From Octopus sinensis (Eukaryota), in NCBI RefSeq assembly GCF_006345805.1, contig NC_043000.1, positions 70,804,001-70,868,000 on the forward strand: a DNA stretch of 64,000 nucleotides, given 5' to 3'. The notes below the pieces were generated by a model, which saw only the letters and a list, made by a program, of their open reading frames with translations, ran no database searches and was not told where the DNA came from. Position 1 is the stretch's first letter. Every line of letters starts with the position of its first letter. Shown here one piece after another: positions 62,253 to 64,000 of this stretch. A program made the position numbers and the translations under genes.

Positions 62253-64000
62253 AAAAATAATTCTGTAGTGTCCTATCAGCAGCTCAAAGCAAATTAACTA
62301 ATAATCAGATTTCTTCATACTAAAGTTCACATACTTATAAGTGAGTAAGTGACAGATATACATACTGAGAGACAGGACATCAGGAAATGTTTTAATAGCT
62401 TGAATCATTTTTAGTAATTTGTTTGAACAGAATATTTCTACAGAATCATATCTATATAAGTACTTCAATCTACACACAGAGCACATAGATGTAAATACAA
62501 AATGAATACAGCAGACATGACAGGGAAGTCAATTTCGTTCAAGGCATTGTTAGATTTCAGAATGAGAGCAATGCAATCATAAATTAGTAAACTATCACCA
62601 ATTTGTTTTTGTGTGTGTGTGTGTATATTTATTTATTTATTTAAGGAAGAATGTTACGATCGAGAAGGTGAATCACAACGACCTTTTTGTATGCACAGTT
62701 TGTGACAGACCAAGCCTTTCTTTTGCTGGGCTCAAATCTCATTTGTGAACCCATGGAAAACGAACCTCCACCAACCATTCTGCCTATATGTCCGTGCATA
62801 CTTTTAAATGCAATGTATGCCAGAACGTTTGCAAATCTAACAGAGGCCTTTTAATATCCACAAAGATCAGAGCTTATCTGCAACTCTTGGTGGTCCAAAT
62901 CAGATATGCAATCTATGTGGGTGTCTTTTTAAAACATTGTCTGATTTAAAAAGCCACATCAGATGCCATGATGGTTCTAAGGGGTAGGTACAGGAGGTGG
63001 TCAAATTCCATACACACACACACAATTCAATAATGTAAGATGGAAAATATTTTGCAGCAGATAAGGTTATAAATGAACCAATTAAGAAAATATAAAAATA
63101 TGAATTTTAGCACTTTTGATGAAAGTTGATAGTTGAGCAGTCAATTTTAAAAGCAATCCTTATAAATTTCCTTATCTAAGTAAAAATAAATATATTTACC
63201 CTATGCACGTAAGCAAAAGCAGGATATCGTAATCACTTGTCTTTGTGTGTTTGTTGGCAAAATTACTGAAACACAGCTGAATGTATTTTCACCAAATTTG
63301 GCAGAAATACTCATTAGGTGGGTGGCTTGAAATGATGAAAATTTGGTTCAGTTATCTATCTTCAAACATACACAAATACATACATAGATATGCAACTGTG
63401 TGTGCATGTGCAGGTGTGCGTAGTGATGAATTTGAGGGTTTCATTTATTTACAAGTTGATTTCTTAATTTCACCCGAGAATAAATACCGGTAATGGTAAT
63501 ACTTAAAAATATTTTTTTTTTAAATCAAACTTAAAATTTCCCAATAAGCATGTGGTCATATTATTTATATCCTACAATGAACTACAGTACATTTGATTCA
63601 CCTGCCATCATTGAAAGATGTTCAAAACACTTCTTAAATTCTATACAATATTTTCTGTAAGTATTTCATTTGTTCCCTTTCTTTTTCATATGAATCAACC
63701 CTCATCTGCATGTGTATAGATCATGGTATACCTATGCGTGTAGACATGTGGGTACATATATGCATACATGTCTGTTGTATTCATTTGCTATTTACATCTA
63801 TGTGCTCTGTGTGTAGACTGGATTCTGTAGAAATATTCTGCTCAAACAAATTACTAAAAATGATTCAAGCTATTAAAACATTTCCTGATGTCCTGTCTCT
63901 CAGTATGTATATCTGTCACTTACTCATAAGTATATGAATTTTTGTATGAAGAAATCTGATTATTAGTTATTTGCTAATAGGACACTACAGAATTATTTTT
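62253..64000. repeat. Inverted repeat arms 62253-62519 and 63767-64000+, running off the window end
   Basis: Shared blocks such as aaacaaattactaaaaatgattcaagctattaaaacatttcctgatgtcctgtctctcagtatgtatatctgtcacttactc. Small indels. Confidence 0.92.
62686..62987 (+). pseudogene. Remnant of three C2H2 zinc fingers
   Basis: FVCTVCDRPSLSFAGLKSHL*TH, FKCNVCQNVCKSNRGL (frameshift), and ICNLCGCLFKTLSDLKSHIRCH followed by a stop. The internal TGA is consistent with CGA>TGA. Confidence 0.7.

Overview
AT-rich, repeat-dense animal genomic DNA. The SINE, RTE and Tc1/mariner families resemble those I recall from octopus or other coleoid cephalopods; this is an inference from memory, not a database result. 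The window holds the 5' (kinase-domain) half of one host gene on the minus strand: a 6-phosphofructo-2-kinase/fructose-2,6-bisphosphatase (PFKFB). Four homology-supported exons splice in frame with canonical GT-AG sites (14073-13948, 10667-10571, 3226-3163, 2581-2447) and encode GLPARGKT...DATN...FVES. A phase-compatible ATG exon lies at 32809-32773, a candidate 27-nt cassette microexon at 24270-24244, and a candidate distal alternative start exon at 62238-62196. The rest of the gene lies left of position 1. The introns contain RTE, CR1-like, Penelope, Gypsy, Helitron, Tc1, mariner, maT-like, pogo/Tigger, hAT, MITE and SINE remnants. The most unusual locus is 14.9-17.4 kb. A small, highly structured repeat there folds as a type I hammerhead ribozyme, present as two copies in opposite orientation with a compensatory stem II change, and is arranged as a Penelope/retrozyme-like fold-back. 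One copy is interrupted, with a perfect 15-bp target-site duplication, by a 1.64-kb retroelement that encodes only a gag/ORF1-like zinc-knuckle protein and no RT. The window also has several long intronic inverted repeats and palindromes, a LINE inserted into its own family, and a transposase apparently split by an inversion.
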